64,000 nucleotides of DNA from a virus (Duplodnaviria > Caudoviricetes). The stretch is from IMG/VR virus record IMGVR_UViG_3300021091_000011; one strand, given 5' to 3'. The translations under genes were made by a program, and so were the position numbers. The notes beneath the pieces are model-generated. The model did not search any database. It was not told the DNA's origin and saw nothing but the letters and a program-made list of their open reading frames with translations. This document shows positions 18,124-25,766 of this stretch, in pieces (position 1 is the stretch's first letter; every line of letters begins with the position of its first letter).

Positions 18124-18926
18124 ATGATTCGCTTGGTTTTAGGGGACTGCATCGAGAAAATGCAGGATATCCCCCCAGGAACCATTGATGCGATCATCAG
18201 CGACCCTCCCTACGGCTGAATATATCAGGACTAGAATTCATGGGGAAAGAATGGGACGCACCTTGGAAGTCAAACGGATGGCAAGCCGGAGGCGGGTTCT
18301 CTAAACCTGGTATTGGCGAACGCCATACCGCATGGCCTAGTTTCACCGCGACTTCTAAGTTCGGTGCCACAAATCCAACTTGTGAGACTTGTGGGGGACG
18401 TGCGCGAGGTAAAAAACGCTGCGGTTGCGCTGAACCACAATGGAAAGCCATCGGCAAACGCCGCCACGTCGAAAATGAAGGCTTACCGTCTGACGTTACG
18501 AGTTCAGGGATGAGTAATCACCTTCGCCACTTTCAAGATTGGTGCGAACTTTGGTCAAGCCAATGCTTTAGAATCCTAAAACCTAACGGCGTTATCAAAG
18601 CCTTTTCGGGGACACGAACTTTTCACCGTATGACCCAAGCCCTGAAAAAATCAGGATTCGTAGACTTTGAAATTCACGCTTGGACTTACGGATCAGGCTT
18701 CCCGAAGTCTATGGACGTGAGCAAGCAGATCGACAAGCAAGCGGGCGCAGAACGAACGGAAGTCATAAAGCCGTTCAATGACGAAAACGGTTGGAACGCG
18801 AACGGAACCACGGGCGACCACGCCTATACCGCACCCGCCACCGACGCCGCCCGTCAATGGTCCGGTTACGGCACCGCTCTAAAGCCCGCTTGGGAGCCGA
18901 TCATCGTCGCAAGAAAGCCAATATGA
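18124..18926 (+). CDS. Second methyltransferase N-terminal part, interrupted by a 14-nt insert just after DPPYG
   Basis: GGAGG RBS; MIRLVLGDCIEKMQDIPPGTIDAIISDPPYG, TGA at 18217; resumes LEFMGKEWD at 18231 and continues to ...EPIIVARKPI. Confidence 0.8.
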
Positions 18927-19381
18927 TCGTTCACGTCTTACGAAAGCCATTGTCAGGCACGGTCGCTCAAAACGCTTTGGCTCATGGAGCCGGAGCATTG
19001 AACATCGACGGATGCCGGATTGCTGTTTCTAGCGAAGAAAGAAAAACCTACGACGCCAATATGCGTGCGCTTGAACGGTACGCAGACGGCAGAGAAAAAA
19101 TCGGGCAGTTTGAGGGTGGCTGGAAAGCAGACCCGTCCCGTGTCAAAAACGTGGGCGCTCGCTGGCCCGCTAATCTCGTCCATGATGGAAGCGAGCACGC
19201 CCTAGATAATTTTCCCGAGGCGGGAAATGGATGGAAGAAAAATTACGGTGATGAAGTCTATGCCGTTGAAGGCCGTCATTATTCCGGAGGTTCTTTTGGC
19301 GGTGGTGGTTTTCTAGGGGGTAGCACTTATACGGACTCAGGCTCGGCATCTCGATTCTTTCAACAAGTGATAATCAAATGA
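18923..19381 (+). CDS. Methyltransferase second part, paralog A
   Basis: MIVHVLRKPLSGTVAQNALAHGAGALNIDGCRI...RWPANLVHDGS...GSASRFFQQV; ATGA overlap with the N-half. Confidence 0.8.
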   Translation: MIVHVLRKPLSGTVAQNALAHGAGALNIDGCRIAVSSEERKTYDANMRALERYADGREKIGQFEGGWKADPSRVKNVGARWPANLVHDGSEHALDNFPEAGNGWKKNYGDEVYAVEGRHYSGGSFGGGGFLGGSTYTDSGSASRFFQQVIIK

Positions 19382-19806
19382 TCGTTCACGTCCTGAGAAA
19401 GCCATTGTCAGGCACCGTCGCTCAAAACGCCCTGCAACACGGCTGCGGGGCATTGAACATCGACGGATGCAGGGTTAGTTTGTCTTCCGATGAAAATCCA
19501 GACAAGTTGAGCGCGAGAAGCGGTGGGAACCGTGGTTTTGCTGAAGATTATGTAGGCGGGGTAACACGAAATTTACCTGCTGGTTGGGATTGCAGCAAGG
19601 GGCGTTGGCCCGCGAATCTCGTCCATGATGGAAGCGACGAAGTTGTAGAGACGTTTCCTGAGAGCAACCGCTGGTTCAACGCACCGAGAAATAGCGATGG
19701 AAAAGGCAAAGACGGCCAGATTTTTGATACTCACCGTGGCAGCGGGATGGGTGGCGGCGACTCCGGTTCGGCATCTCGATTCTTTCAGCAAGTAACCCTC
19801 AAATAG
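19378..19806 (+). CDS. Methyltransferase second part, paralog B
   Basis: Same conserved blocks as paralog A with different variable segments; ATGA overlap. Confidence 0.8.
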   Translation: MIVHVLRKPLSGTVAQNALQHGCGALNIDGCRVSLSSDENPDKLSARSGGNRGFAEDYVGGVTRNLPAGWDCSKGRWPANLVHDGSDEVVETFPESNRWFNAPRNSDGKGKDGQIFDTHRGSGMGGGDSGSASRFFQQVTLK

Positions 19807-20111
19807 CAAACCCCCAAAAAGCCCCCCTTACTAATAACCCCCTCGCCCACAGACGAAACCTTACTAGACTAGATGCGATAGGCGTGCGTGGGTGGGGCTA
19901 GTGTTTAGGCATTAGCAAACCAATTCCAAGCCGTCCGTTTTTCAATGCGGTTTCAATATGGCTTTCGGGGTGGGTCCCGAGGCTTCGAAAGGTTTTACGC
20001 GCGGTTCTGGACACTCGTGTTTAGACCTCGACCAGACCGCGAAGTTGAAAAATCAGGTAGGGTTGCGATGAAACATTCGTTGCGGCGCTAGGGGATTTCA
20101 GCGGTCGTGGT

Positions 20112-20630
20112 ATGATAGTGGTTATGAAGAAGAATCCTTTGATAGCCGCGAAGATTAAGTCTTTGGTGGGTGTGTTGAAGGGTGTGGGCGACAAGGCTAC
20201 GCGCGTGGCTTGTCTGCTTGGCGTGTTGTTGGGGGAGACGAGCGCGGAGGGTTTAGTCTCTTTGCGTGGTGAGGCTTCCCTTCTTCGCATACGTCGGGTG
20301 TATGGGAAGGTCTATGGTGCGGAGTTGGCCGACCATTTGGGTCGGTTGCTTCCGGAGGGCGACGTCCCTTGTCTATTGGGGCGTGGCGGCAAGGCGTTAT
20401 CCCGAGTGACGTTGTGGCGTCGCGTGGGGAAGATCGGCTTGGTGGGTCTGCGTCGTTTATCGTTGGCGTTTCGCAAGTTCTTTATGGAGCATTGCGAGAC
20501 GCGGGAAGAGGCGCGGGATTGTGCGTCGGGGACGGGCTTTGTGTTGGGCACGCCGACGTCTTGGGTTCGTGTGTACGCTTGGTGGCCTGACGCACCGGAT
20601 TGGTGTGGGCGGGTGAGGCGCTTTATATAA
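20112..20630 (+). CDS. Hypothetical protein (possible HTH)
   Basis: 172-aa ORF in G/T-rich sequence; LSRVTLWRRVGKIG is HTH-like. Confidence 0.45.
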   Translation: MIVVMKKNPLIAAKIKSLVGVLKGVGDKATRVACLLGVLLGETSAEGLVSLRGEASLLRIRRVYGKVYGAELADHLGRLLPEGDVPCLLGRGGKALSRVTLWRRVGKIGLVGLRRLSLAFRKFFMEHCETREEARDCASGTGFVLGTPTSWVRVYAWWPDAPDWCGRVRRFI

Positions 20631-20674
20631 GCGTGTTTGCGTCGTCGAAGCCGCTTGGAATGGGTGAGGGAGAT

Positions 20675-20953
20675 TCACGGGGCTTTGCTTCCGTGGCCGT
20701 AACCCTGACCGTGACCGCTGCCGTAACTGCCACCGTAGCCGTAACCGTGGCCGCTTCCGTCGCTGAAGCAGTCACCGTAGGCGCTTCTGTGCCAACGAGA
20801 ACGCTGCGGCGGCGGCGGCGACAACTCAAAGGCCGTGGTCAGCGGGACTTGAGCGAGTGCCTTACCCTTGGCGTCAATCAGACTAATCGAGCCGTCGAGA
20901 TTAGGCTTGACGTCAGACGCCGCTTGAAACGGTGGTGGGAGGCTTTTGATCAT
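20675..20953 (-). CDS. LPxPF-domain paralog with a Gly/Tyr-rich tail
   Basis: SLPPPFQAASDVKPNLDGSISLIDAKGKALAQVPLTTAFEL plus GSGHGYGYGG. Confidence 0.8.
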   Translation of the reverse strand: MIKSLPPPFQAASDVKPNLDGSISLIDAKGKALAQVPLTTAFELSPPPPQRSRWHRSAYGDCFSDGSGHGYGYGGSYGSGHGQGYGHGSKAP

Positions 20954-21348
20954 CTATATACGCCGTCGATTGAGGCTATTCCCCCATGGGTTTGGATCAG
21001 TTGTCTGAGGATTTCATGCGGCACATAGGCGTAGACGGTGTCCGTCGGGTCGTCTGAGTTTTCAGCGTAGGTTTGGATCAAGTCGTCAGGTTGATTGGGG
21101 AAGCCTAACTCATAATGAGTCCACGGCCCATGGTCCTTGCGGGGTCGGCAGTAGTGCGTTGCGCTGGCCCTTACGGAGACGGAGAACCCATCTTTGCAAG
21201 TGACCCGACCTTGATATAGGCCCAAATCTAAGGCCGTGTGCAGCGCAACTTGAGCGAGCGTCTTACCCTTGGCGTCGATCAGATCGAGTGAGCCCTGAGC
21301 GTTAGGCTTGATGCTCGTCGCGTCTTGAAACGGTGGGGGCAGTTTCAC
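20950..21348 (-). CDS. LPxPF-domain paralog fused to a different globular phage domain
   Basis: MKLPPPFQDATSIKPN...ALDL plus CKDGFSVSVRASATHYCRPR...ELGFP...YAE...PTDTVYAYVP. Confidence 0.8.
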   Translation of the reverse strand: MKLPPPFQDATSIKPNAQGSLDLIDAKGKTLAQVALHTALDLGLYQGRVTCKDGFSVSVRASATHYCRPRKDHGPWTHYELGFPNQPDDLIQTYAENSDDPTDTVYAYVPHEILRQLIQTHGGIASIDGVYR

Positions 21349-21575
21349 GGGCTTCTCCCACCGTCACCTTCGGACTGCTCATCACCGTAACCGCGTCCGT
21401 CACCGTAGCCACGTCCGTCACCGTAACCGTGGCCGTAGTCTTTTGTGCTCAACTCAAAGGCCGTGGTCAACGGGATTCGCGCCAACGGCTTGCCCTTGGC
21501 ATCGGTCAGGCTGATCGTCCCGTCGGGATTAGGCTTGAGGTTAGTCGCGGACTGAAACGGATGTGGTAGGTTCAT
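21345..21575 (-). CDS. LPxPF-domain paralog with a Gly-rich tail
   Basis: MNLPHPFQSATNLKPNPDG...TAFEL plus (GYGDGR)n. Confidence 0.8.
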   Translation of the reverse strand: MNLPHPFQSATNLKPNPDGTISLTDAKGKPLARIPLTTAFELSTKDYGHGYGDGRGYGDGRGYGDEQSEGDGGRSP

Positions 21576-21925
21576 TTGGGAACCTTGCCTCCGGAGCCGT
21601 TGCCGATTCCAAATGGGTCGTATCCGGCACCTGAGTTGCCATCAGCGAAGCGGCATTTAGCACCTAAAGCGTCGCTGTAGCCGTAGTTCAGCGAAGCGAA
21701 CAAAATGCCGCCGCCGAAAGGCATGATTTCAGATATGTTGGTCTTGTCGAGTAGCGAGTAGGCCGTGTTCAACGGCACGCGGGCAATCGGGAGGTCATTT
21801 TCGGTGGTCAGGTCGATTGTCCCATCGGCGTTTACGCGAATCCAGCGCACGTCTTGAAACGGACGTGGCAACGGCGACCGACTATGTGCAGGGTAGTGGA
21901 CGTTGTCTGAGATGTAACCGTTCAT
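21572..21925 (-). CDS. Divergent LPxPF-domain paralog
   Basis: SPLPRPFQDVRWIRVNADGTIDLTTENDLPIARVPLNTAYSL. Confidence 0.75.
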   Translation of the reverse strand: MNGYISDNVHYPAHSRSPLPRPFQDVRWIRVNADGTIDLTTENDLPIARVPLNTAYSLLDKTNISEIMPFGGGILFASLNYGYSDALGAKCRFADGNSGAGYDPFGIGNGSGGKVPK

Positions 21926-22248
21926 GGGGACTTGCCTTTGCCGCTTATGTAGCCTTGGCCGTAAGCGACTCCGATTCCGAATCCTTCGCCGTAGCCGATT
22001 CCGAATCCATCACCCGAACCGTCTCCGTGATCTTTGCCGTAAGTGCCGTAACCGAAATCTCCATCGCCGCTGCCATCGTTGCTTGGCTTGAAGTCGCACT
22101 CATCCTTGTCACCGAGCGGCGACAACTCAAAAGCCGTGGGCATCGAGATTCTTGCGAGCGGCTTCCCGCTCGCGTCGATTAGGTCGATTGAGCCGTCGAG
22201 ATTAGGTTTGAGACCCGTCGCGGACTGAAACGGTGGGGGCAGTTTCAC
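21922..22248 (-). CDS. LPxPF-domain paralog with a Gly/Asp-rich tail
   Basis: MKLPPPFQSATGLKPNLDG...TAFEL plus GSGDGDFGYG repeats. Confidence 0.8.
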   Translation of the reverse strand: MKLPPPFQSATGLKPNLDGSIDLIDASGKPLARISMPTAFELSPLGDKDECDFKPSNDGSGDGDFGYGTYGKDHGDGSGDGFGIGYGEGFGIGVAYGQGYISGKGKSP

Positions 22249-22604
22249 GGGCTTCTCCCATTAGCCCTATGGGAACGCTTGCCGTAACCGTCACCGTCAC
22301 CGTGACCGTCACCGTAACAACCGATACCGCGACCGTGACCGTCACCGCGACCGTTGCCGCGACCGTCACCGTAACAACCGTAGCCGTAACCGTCACCGTA
22401 GCCGAGGCCGTAACCGTCGCTGTAGCCGAGGCCGTAACCGTGACCGTCACCGGAACCGTAGCCTGCGGCCTCGGGACTTAGATCAAAAGCCGTGGTCAAC
22501 GGGATTCGCGCCAACGGCTTGCCCTTGGCATCGGTCAGGCTAACCGTCCCGTCGGCATTGGGCTTGATGCTAGATGCGTCTTGGAACGGATGGGGCAGTT
22601 TCAC
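22245..22604 (-). CDS. LPxPF-domain paralog with a long GYGDG tail
   Basis: GTG start at 22604 after AGGAG: MKLPHPFQDASSIKPNADG...TAFDL plus (GYG/GDG)n. Confidence 0.8.
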   Translation of the reverse strand: MKLPHPFQDASSIKPNADGTVSLTDAKGKPLARIPLTTAFDLSPEAAGYGSGDGHGYGLGYSDGYGLGYGDGYGYGCYGDGRGNGRGDGHGRGIGCYGDGHGDGDGYGKRSHRANGRSP

Positions 22605-22621
22605 GGAGTTCAGTCTCCTGA

Positions 22622-23098
22622 TCAATCATCAATGTCTTCGGAGATGTCGAATGCCTCGATGATCTCGTCAGGCAGGTCTCCGTGTGAGGTCACGGTATAC
22701 TGTTGGTCCTCGCCGTGCCCAAAGATTCCGGCGAAAGCCATGCCAGGTTCATAGTAGAGCCCTCTGACGTCGAAACCGAGCTTGATTAGGTGTTGGTAGA
22801 ACGCGATTGGGGGCGACCAGGCCGTGAAAAACTTAGCCGTAATCTCTCCGTGGACGGAGGCAGTCACGGAACCCTCATCTATGTCCCATTTCGTGCCCCA
22901 ATTGTCACAGCACCAATCATAACTGTCCCTAGCACCGTACTTAGCGAGGTTTTGCTCGGCAGACTGACCCTCCAATTCAGGGGGGCATGGCAGGAACTCG
23001 TGGAACAGTTCGTTGCGACTTAGGGCTTTCTCGGCGCGGGTTAGTTCGTCCACGGACTCGTGCTTCAGCGTCAGGTGGTTCATACACCAATTGGGCAT
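22622..23098 (-). CDS. DUF1281/YubB ferredoxin-like phage protein
   Basis: MPNWCMNHL...YDWCCDNWGTKWD...FFTAWSPP...YYEPGMAFAG. Confidence 0.8.
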   Translation of the reverse strand: MPNWCMNHLTLKHESVDELTRAEKALSRNELFHEFLPCPPELEGQSAEQNLAKYGARDSYDWCCDNWGTKWDIDEGSVTASVHGEITAKFFTAWSPPIAFYQHLIKLGFDVRGLYYEPGMAFAGIFGHGEDQQYTVTSHGDLPDEIIEAFDISEDIDD

Positions 23099-23149
23099 GG
23101 TCTAACTCTTCTTTCTATGGGCTGATCTTGGTTGTCACAAACACTCGGG

Positions 23150-23587
23150 CTATCTGTCGAGGCCAGGTTCGAGTGGGGCAAATTCACGTTCTCCCCCCAC
23201 CGTCAACGTCACCGTAACCGACACCGGAACCACCGGAACCACCGTGACAGTCGCCGTAACCGTCGCCCTTCTCCCACCGTCACCGTTGGGCAGCCCGTCA
23301 CCGTAACAACCGTAGCCGTAACCGTCACCGTAGCCGAGGCCGTAACCGTAGCCGTAGCTGTCGCTGTAACCGTCGCCGTCGCCGTCGCCGGAACCGTCGC
23401 CGCAACCGTAGTCGGAACCGTAGCCGTAACCGTAGCCTGCGGCCTCGGGACTTAGCTCAAAGGCCGTGGTCAACGGGATTCGCGCCAACGGCTTGCCCTT
23501 GGCATCGGTCAGGCTAACCGTCCCGTCGGCATCGGGCTTGAGGCCCGTCGCCGCTCGAAACGGATGAGGGAGGTTTAGGCGTCCCAC
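23150..23587 (-). CDS. LPxPF-domain paralog whose 3' end is a frameshifted fusion
   Basis: LNLPHPFRAATGLKPDADG...TAFEL plus a GYG tail; after GDGGR the frame reads Val/Thr while the Gly-rich reading continues in another frame. Confidence 0.65.
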   Translation of the reverse strand: MGRLNLPHPFRAATGLKPDADGTVSLTDAKGKPLARIPLTTAFELSPEAAGYGYGYGSDYGCGDGSGDGDGDGYSDSYGYGYGLGYGDGYGYGCYGDGLPNGDGGRRATVTATVTVVPVVPVSVTVTLTVGGEREFAPLEPGLDR

Positions 23588-23907
23588 AAGCCGGACTCCC
23601 ACGCCGCCGCCGCTTGAGGCGTGCAAGCCAGCAGCCCCGTTATGTCCGTGTATTGCGCCATAGGCGCGGGAGGCGAAATCCTCGACCCCTGCAAAGGCCC
23701 CGTGTACGCAAGGCCGACGAACCCCCGCACTTCGGCGGGCCAATAGACCACCACTCTGCAGTCCTTGAGCGTGATGGTCGACGGGTTCTTGGTCGTGGTC
23801 CCGTCCGGACTCACGACCTCAGTAGCGAGGTTGTACGAGACAACCTCACCGAAGAAAACGCCGCGATGGGCGGTCGTGACGACGACCTTCTGACCGACAA
23901 AGTTCAT
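23575..23907 (-). CDS. DUF6948-like protein
   Basis: GQKVVVTTAHRGVFFG...ITLKDCRVVVYW...GFVGLAYTGP...SRIS...LLACTPQAAAAW. Confidence 0.7.
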   Translation of the reverse strand: MNFVGQKVVVTTAHRGVFFGEVVSYNLATEVVSPDGTTTKNPSTITLKDCRVVVYWPAEVRGFVGLAYTGPLQGSRISPPAPMAQYTDITGLLACTPQAAAAWESGLWDA

Positions 23908-23928
23908 TTGCTACTCCTGCTACGAATT

Positions 23929-24159
23929 TCAAGTTCCTTCGACGTAACCTTGCTTGGTCAGGTCATCGATCCAAGCGCCGAAAATCGCGCGAGTGACCGA
24001 ACCGTAAAGCGGCTGACCATCCGACCAGCCTGCGGCCTCGACCGTGTGGTTCTCACCTGCGACGGGCATCACCACGCCTCGCCATGACTTTCGATACTCG
24101 CAAGTCACGAGAACGGCCAAGACCTTCCCATGAAGTGCGATATGTGCGACGTGCTTCAT
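23929..24159 (-). CDS. Hypothetical protein
   Basis: GGAG RBS; first gene after motif copy 5. Confidence 0.65.
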   Translation of the reverse strand: MKHVAHIALHGKVLAVLVTCEYRKSWRGVVMPVAGENHTVEAAGWSDGQPLYGSVTRAIFGAWIDDLTKQGYVEGT

Positions 24160-24184
24160 TAGTTTGACTCCTTAATTTCACCGC

Positions 24185-24230
24185 TCACACTATTCAAACG
24201 GTCGGGCATCGCAGCGAAAACCGAAAATCG
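24185..24230 (-). promoter_or_regulatory. Bipartite motif, copy 5 (variant GAATAGTGTG)
   Basis: CACACTATTCAAACGG-N14-GAAAACCGAAAATCG on the + strand. Confidence 0.7.
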
Positions 24231-24422
24231 TCAACAGCACTCCAAACATTCGTCGTTTTCGTGCTCGGTGCGTCGTCCGCATTCATAGCAGTAGGCGTAG
24301 TAGTAGCCCTCGTCGTTCGCACCACGGTCGCTTTCTTCGATGGGGACCGTCTCCCAAGCGTAGACGCGCTCATTTGACTTGGTGCCAGCGTAGGGATCAC
24401 AAGGCTTAGTGCGTGTGGACAT
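24231..24422 (-). CDS. Small Cys-rich protein
   Basis: MSTRTKPCDP...YCYECGRRTEHENDECLECC. Confidence 0.6.
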   Translation of the reverse strand: MSTRTKPCDPYAGTKSNERVYAWETVPIEESDRGANDEGYYYAYCYECGRRTEHENDECLECC

Positions 24423-24442
24423 CTTTGATTTCCTCTGTGTGT

Positions 24443-25111
24443 TTAGCAGCAGGACTCGTGGTAGCAACCGGAAGCCTTGCCCGGCGGGTCGTAGACCATA
24501 TCGCTCCCGCTATGGATAGGCTCATGGCATCCGGCGCAAATCACGTCGAACGGCGCACGCACCGTCGGCAACAGCACCCGCTCAGGCTTCAACGGCTCAG
24601 GCTCAGGCTTCGACACACCCGCATTCGGCGACCATCGCGCCGCCATGTTCTGAAGCTCGGCAAGCGCGGCGTTCCGGCACTCGTGTCGCAAAGGGCATCC
24701 GTCGCACGTCTTGGCCTTGTGTGACCACCCGCCGAAACACGGCGTCATGTTCATCGCCACCCGCGCGAAGTACGCATCGCCGCCGTAACCCTCGCCCTCG
24801 CCCAAAGCGCGAGCCTCGGGCAAAAGGGGCAAGACCGTCCGCGTCGGCTCCACCACCACCGCTGGCGCGGGCTCCGCGATCACTTCGGCCTGCTTCTCAG
24901 CGGCGTCGCCGTTCAGGACCTCGTACCTCGTCCGCGCATTACGCCCCCGATCAGGGAACGTCACCGCGCCCGCGTTCTTAAGATCGTTCAGCGCCGACTT
25001 GAGCGTTGGCTCGTCCATCGGGACGGCGAGATTCGCCACGATCTCGTCCCAAGAGCAATAACCCGAACCGTTTGCCGCACACGCGGCTTTGATTGCATTG
25101 ACAATGTTCAT
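24443..25111 (-). CDS. Hypothetical protein: wHTH-like N-terminus and two Cys clusters
   Basis: LKSALNDLKNAGAV; CFGGW...TCDGCPLRHEC; CAGCHEPI...CYHESCC. Confidence 0.7.
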   Translation of the reverse strand: MNIVNAIKAACAANGSGYCSWDEIVANLAVPMDEPTLKSALNDLKNAGAVTFPDRGRNARTRYEVLNGDAAEKQAEVIAEPAPAVVVEPTRTVLPLLPEARALGEGEGYGGDAYFARVAMNMTPCFGGWSHKAKTCDGCPLRHECRNAALAELQNMAARWSPNAGVSKPEPEPLKPERVLLPTVRAPFDVICAGCHEPIHSGSDMVYDPPGKASGCYHESCC

Positions 25112-25132
25112 GTTGCACTCCCTTTTTGATTG

Positions 25133-25172
25133 CTTACACCATCCAAACGGTCAGTCAGCCCCGAAAAAACCG
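25133..25172 (-). promoter_or_regulatory. Bipartite motif, copy 6
   Basis: CTTACACCATCCAAACGG-N14-AAAAACCGA on the + strand (distal half partly degenerate). Confidence 0.65.
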
Positions 25173-25176
25173 ATTT

Positions 25177-25449
25177 TCAGGACTGAAAGTTCGTCGGAGC
25201 CTGCCGCCCCAAGCCCAAATCGACCTCACGCGGGTCGTCCAGCGTCGGACAGCCGTTCAGGAACGACCGATAACGGTCGCATTGGTACGCGACTCGTCCG
25301 GGCGTGTTGCAGATCTCCACCTTGCGCCACGTCTTGAGCGGCGCACCGCGAAAGGCCGAAGCCTCGAACGTCTCGACCGTCTTCGCAGTCGAGTAGTCCG
25401 CAGCCTCCGGCGCTCCGGTGAAAACCACAACCGTCACGAAACTCTCCAT
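25177..25449 (-). CDS. Hypothetical protein
   Basis: CAGGAG RBS; MESFVTVVVFTG... Confidence 0.65.
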   Translation of the reverse strand: MESFVTVVVFTGAPEAADYSTAKTVETFEASAFRGAPLKTWRKVEICNTPGRVAYQCDRYRSFLNGCPTLDDPREVDLGLGRQAPTNFQS

Positions 25450-25467
25450 GCTCACGCTCCTGAAAGT

Positions 25468-25588
25468 AGGGTCAAACAGATTGTGCGCTTTTAGGCCCCG
25501 TAGGAAGTCTCGGGTAGCCTCACCGAAACCGACTGACAAGCCCGAAGGCCCGCTCCTACGCGGCTAGAAACGCACAATCTGTCAAAGA
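25468..25588 (-). ncRNA. Putative structured RNA, copy 1 (unknown family)
   Basis: Terminal arms ACAGATTGTGCGCTTTTAG / CTAGAAACGCACAATCTGT; inner stem CGTAGGA/TCCTACG; UUCG-capped hairpin on the minus strand. Confidence 0.5.
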
Positions 25589-25590
25589 TG

Positions 25591-25712
25591 AGGGTCAAAC
25601 AGATTGTGCGCTTTTAGGCCCTAAAGGAAAGTCTCGGGTAGCCTCACCGAAACCGACTGACAAGCCCGAAGGCCCGCTCCTATACGGCTAGAAACGCACA
25701 ATCTGTCAAAGA
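25591..25712 (-). ncRNA. Putative structured RNA, copy 2
   Basis: Tandem near-copy with compensatory changes in the inner stem (TAAAGGA/TCCTATA); begins just downstream of motif copy 7. Confidence 0.5.
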
Positions 25713-25720
25713 AACCGTCG

Positions 25721-25766
25721 CTTACACCATCCAAACGGTTTCGAACCGTCAGGAAAACCGAAAATC
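25721..25766 (-). promoter_or_regulatory. Bipartite motif, copy 7
   Basis: CTTACACCATCCAAACGG-N14-GAAAACCGAAAATC on the + strand. Confidence 0.75.

Noticed and set aside
19800-19905. C-rich then G-rich imperfect inverted repeat after the methyltransferase array
   Set aside because: Pairing is imperfect and there is no T-tract; I could not distinguish a terminator or origin from chance.
20112-20630. Possible tyrosine recombinase fragment
   Set aside because: No R-H-R-H-Y catalytic set is identifiable; left as hypothetical.
22202-23455. Val/Thr-rich plus-strand ORFs (22202-22450, 22233-22481, 23132-23455)
   Set aside because: Antisense translations of the GGTGAC/GGTTAC repeats that encode the Gly/Tyr/Asp tails on the minus strand.
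25468-25712. Hammerhead ribozyme or group II intron domain V reading of the tandem RNA
   Set aside because: No CUGANGA...GAAA core in a workable order (GAAAC and CTGA are only 3 nt apart), and the AGCCG stem lacks the domain V bulge and GNRA geometry.
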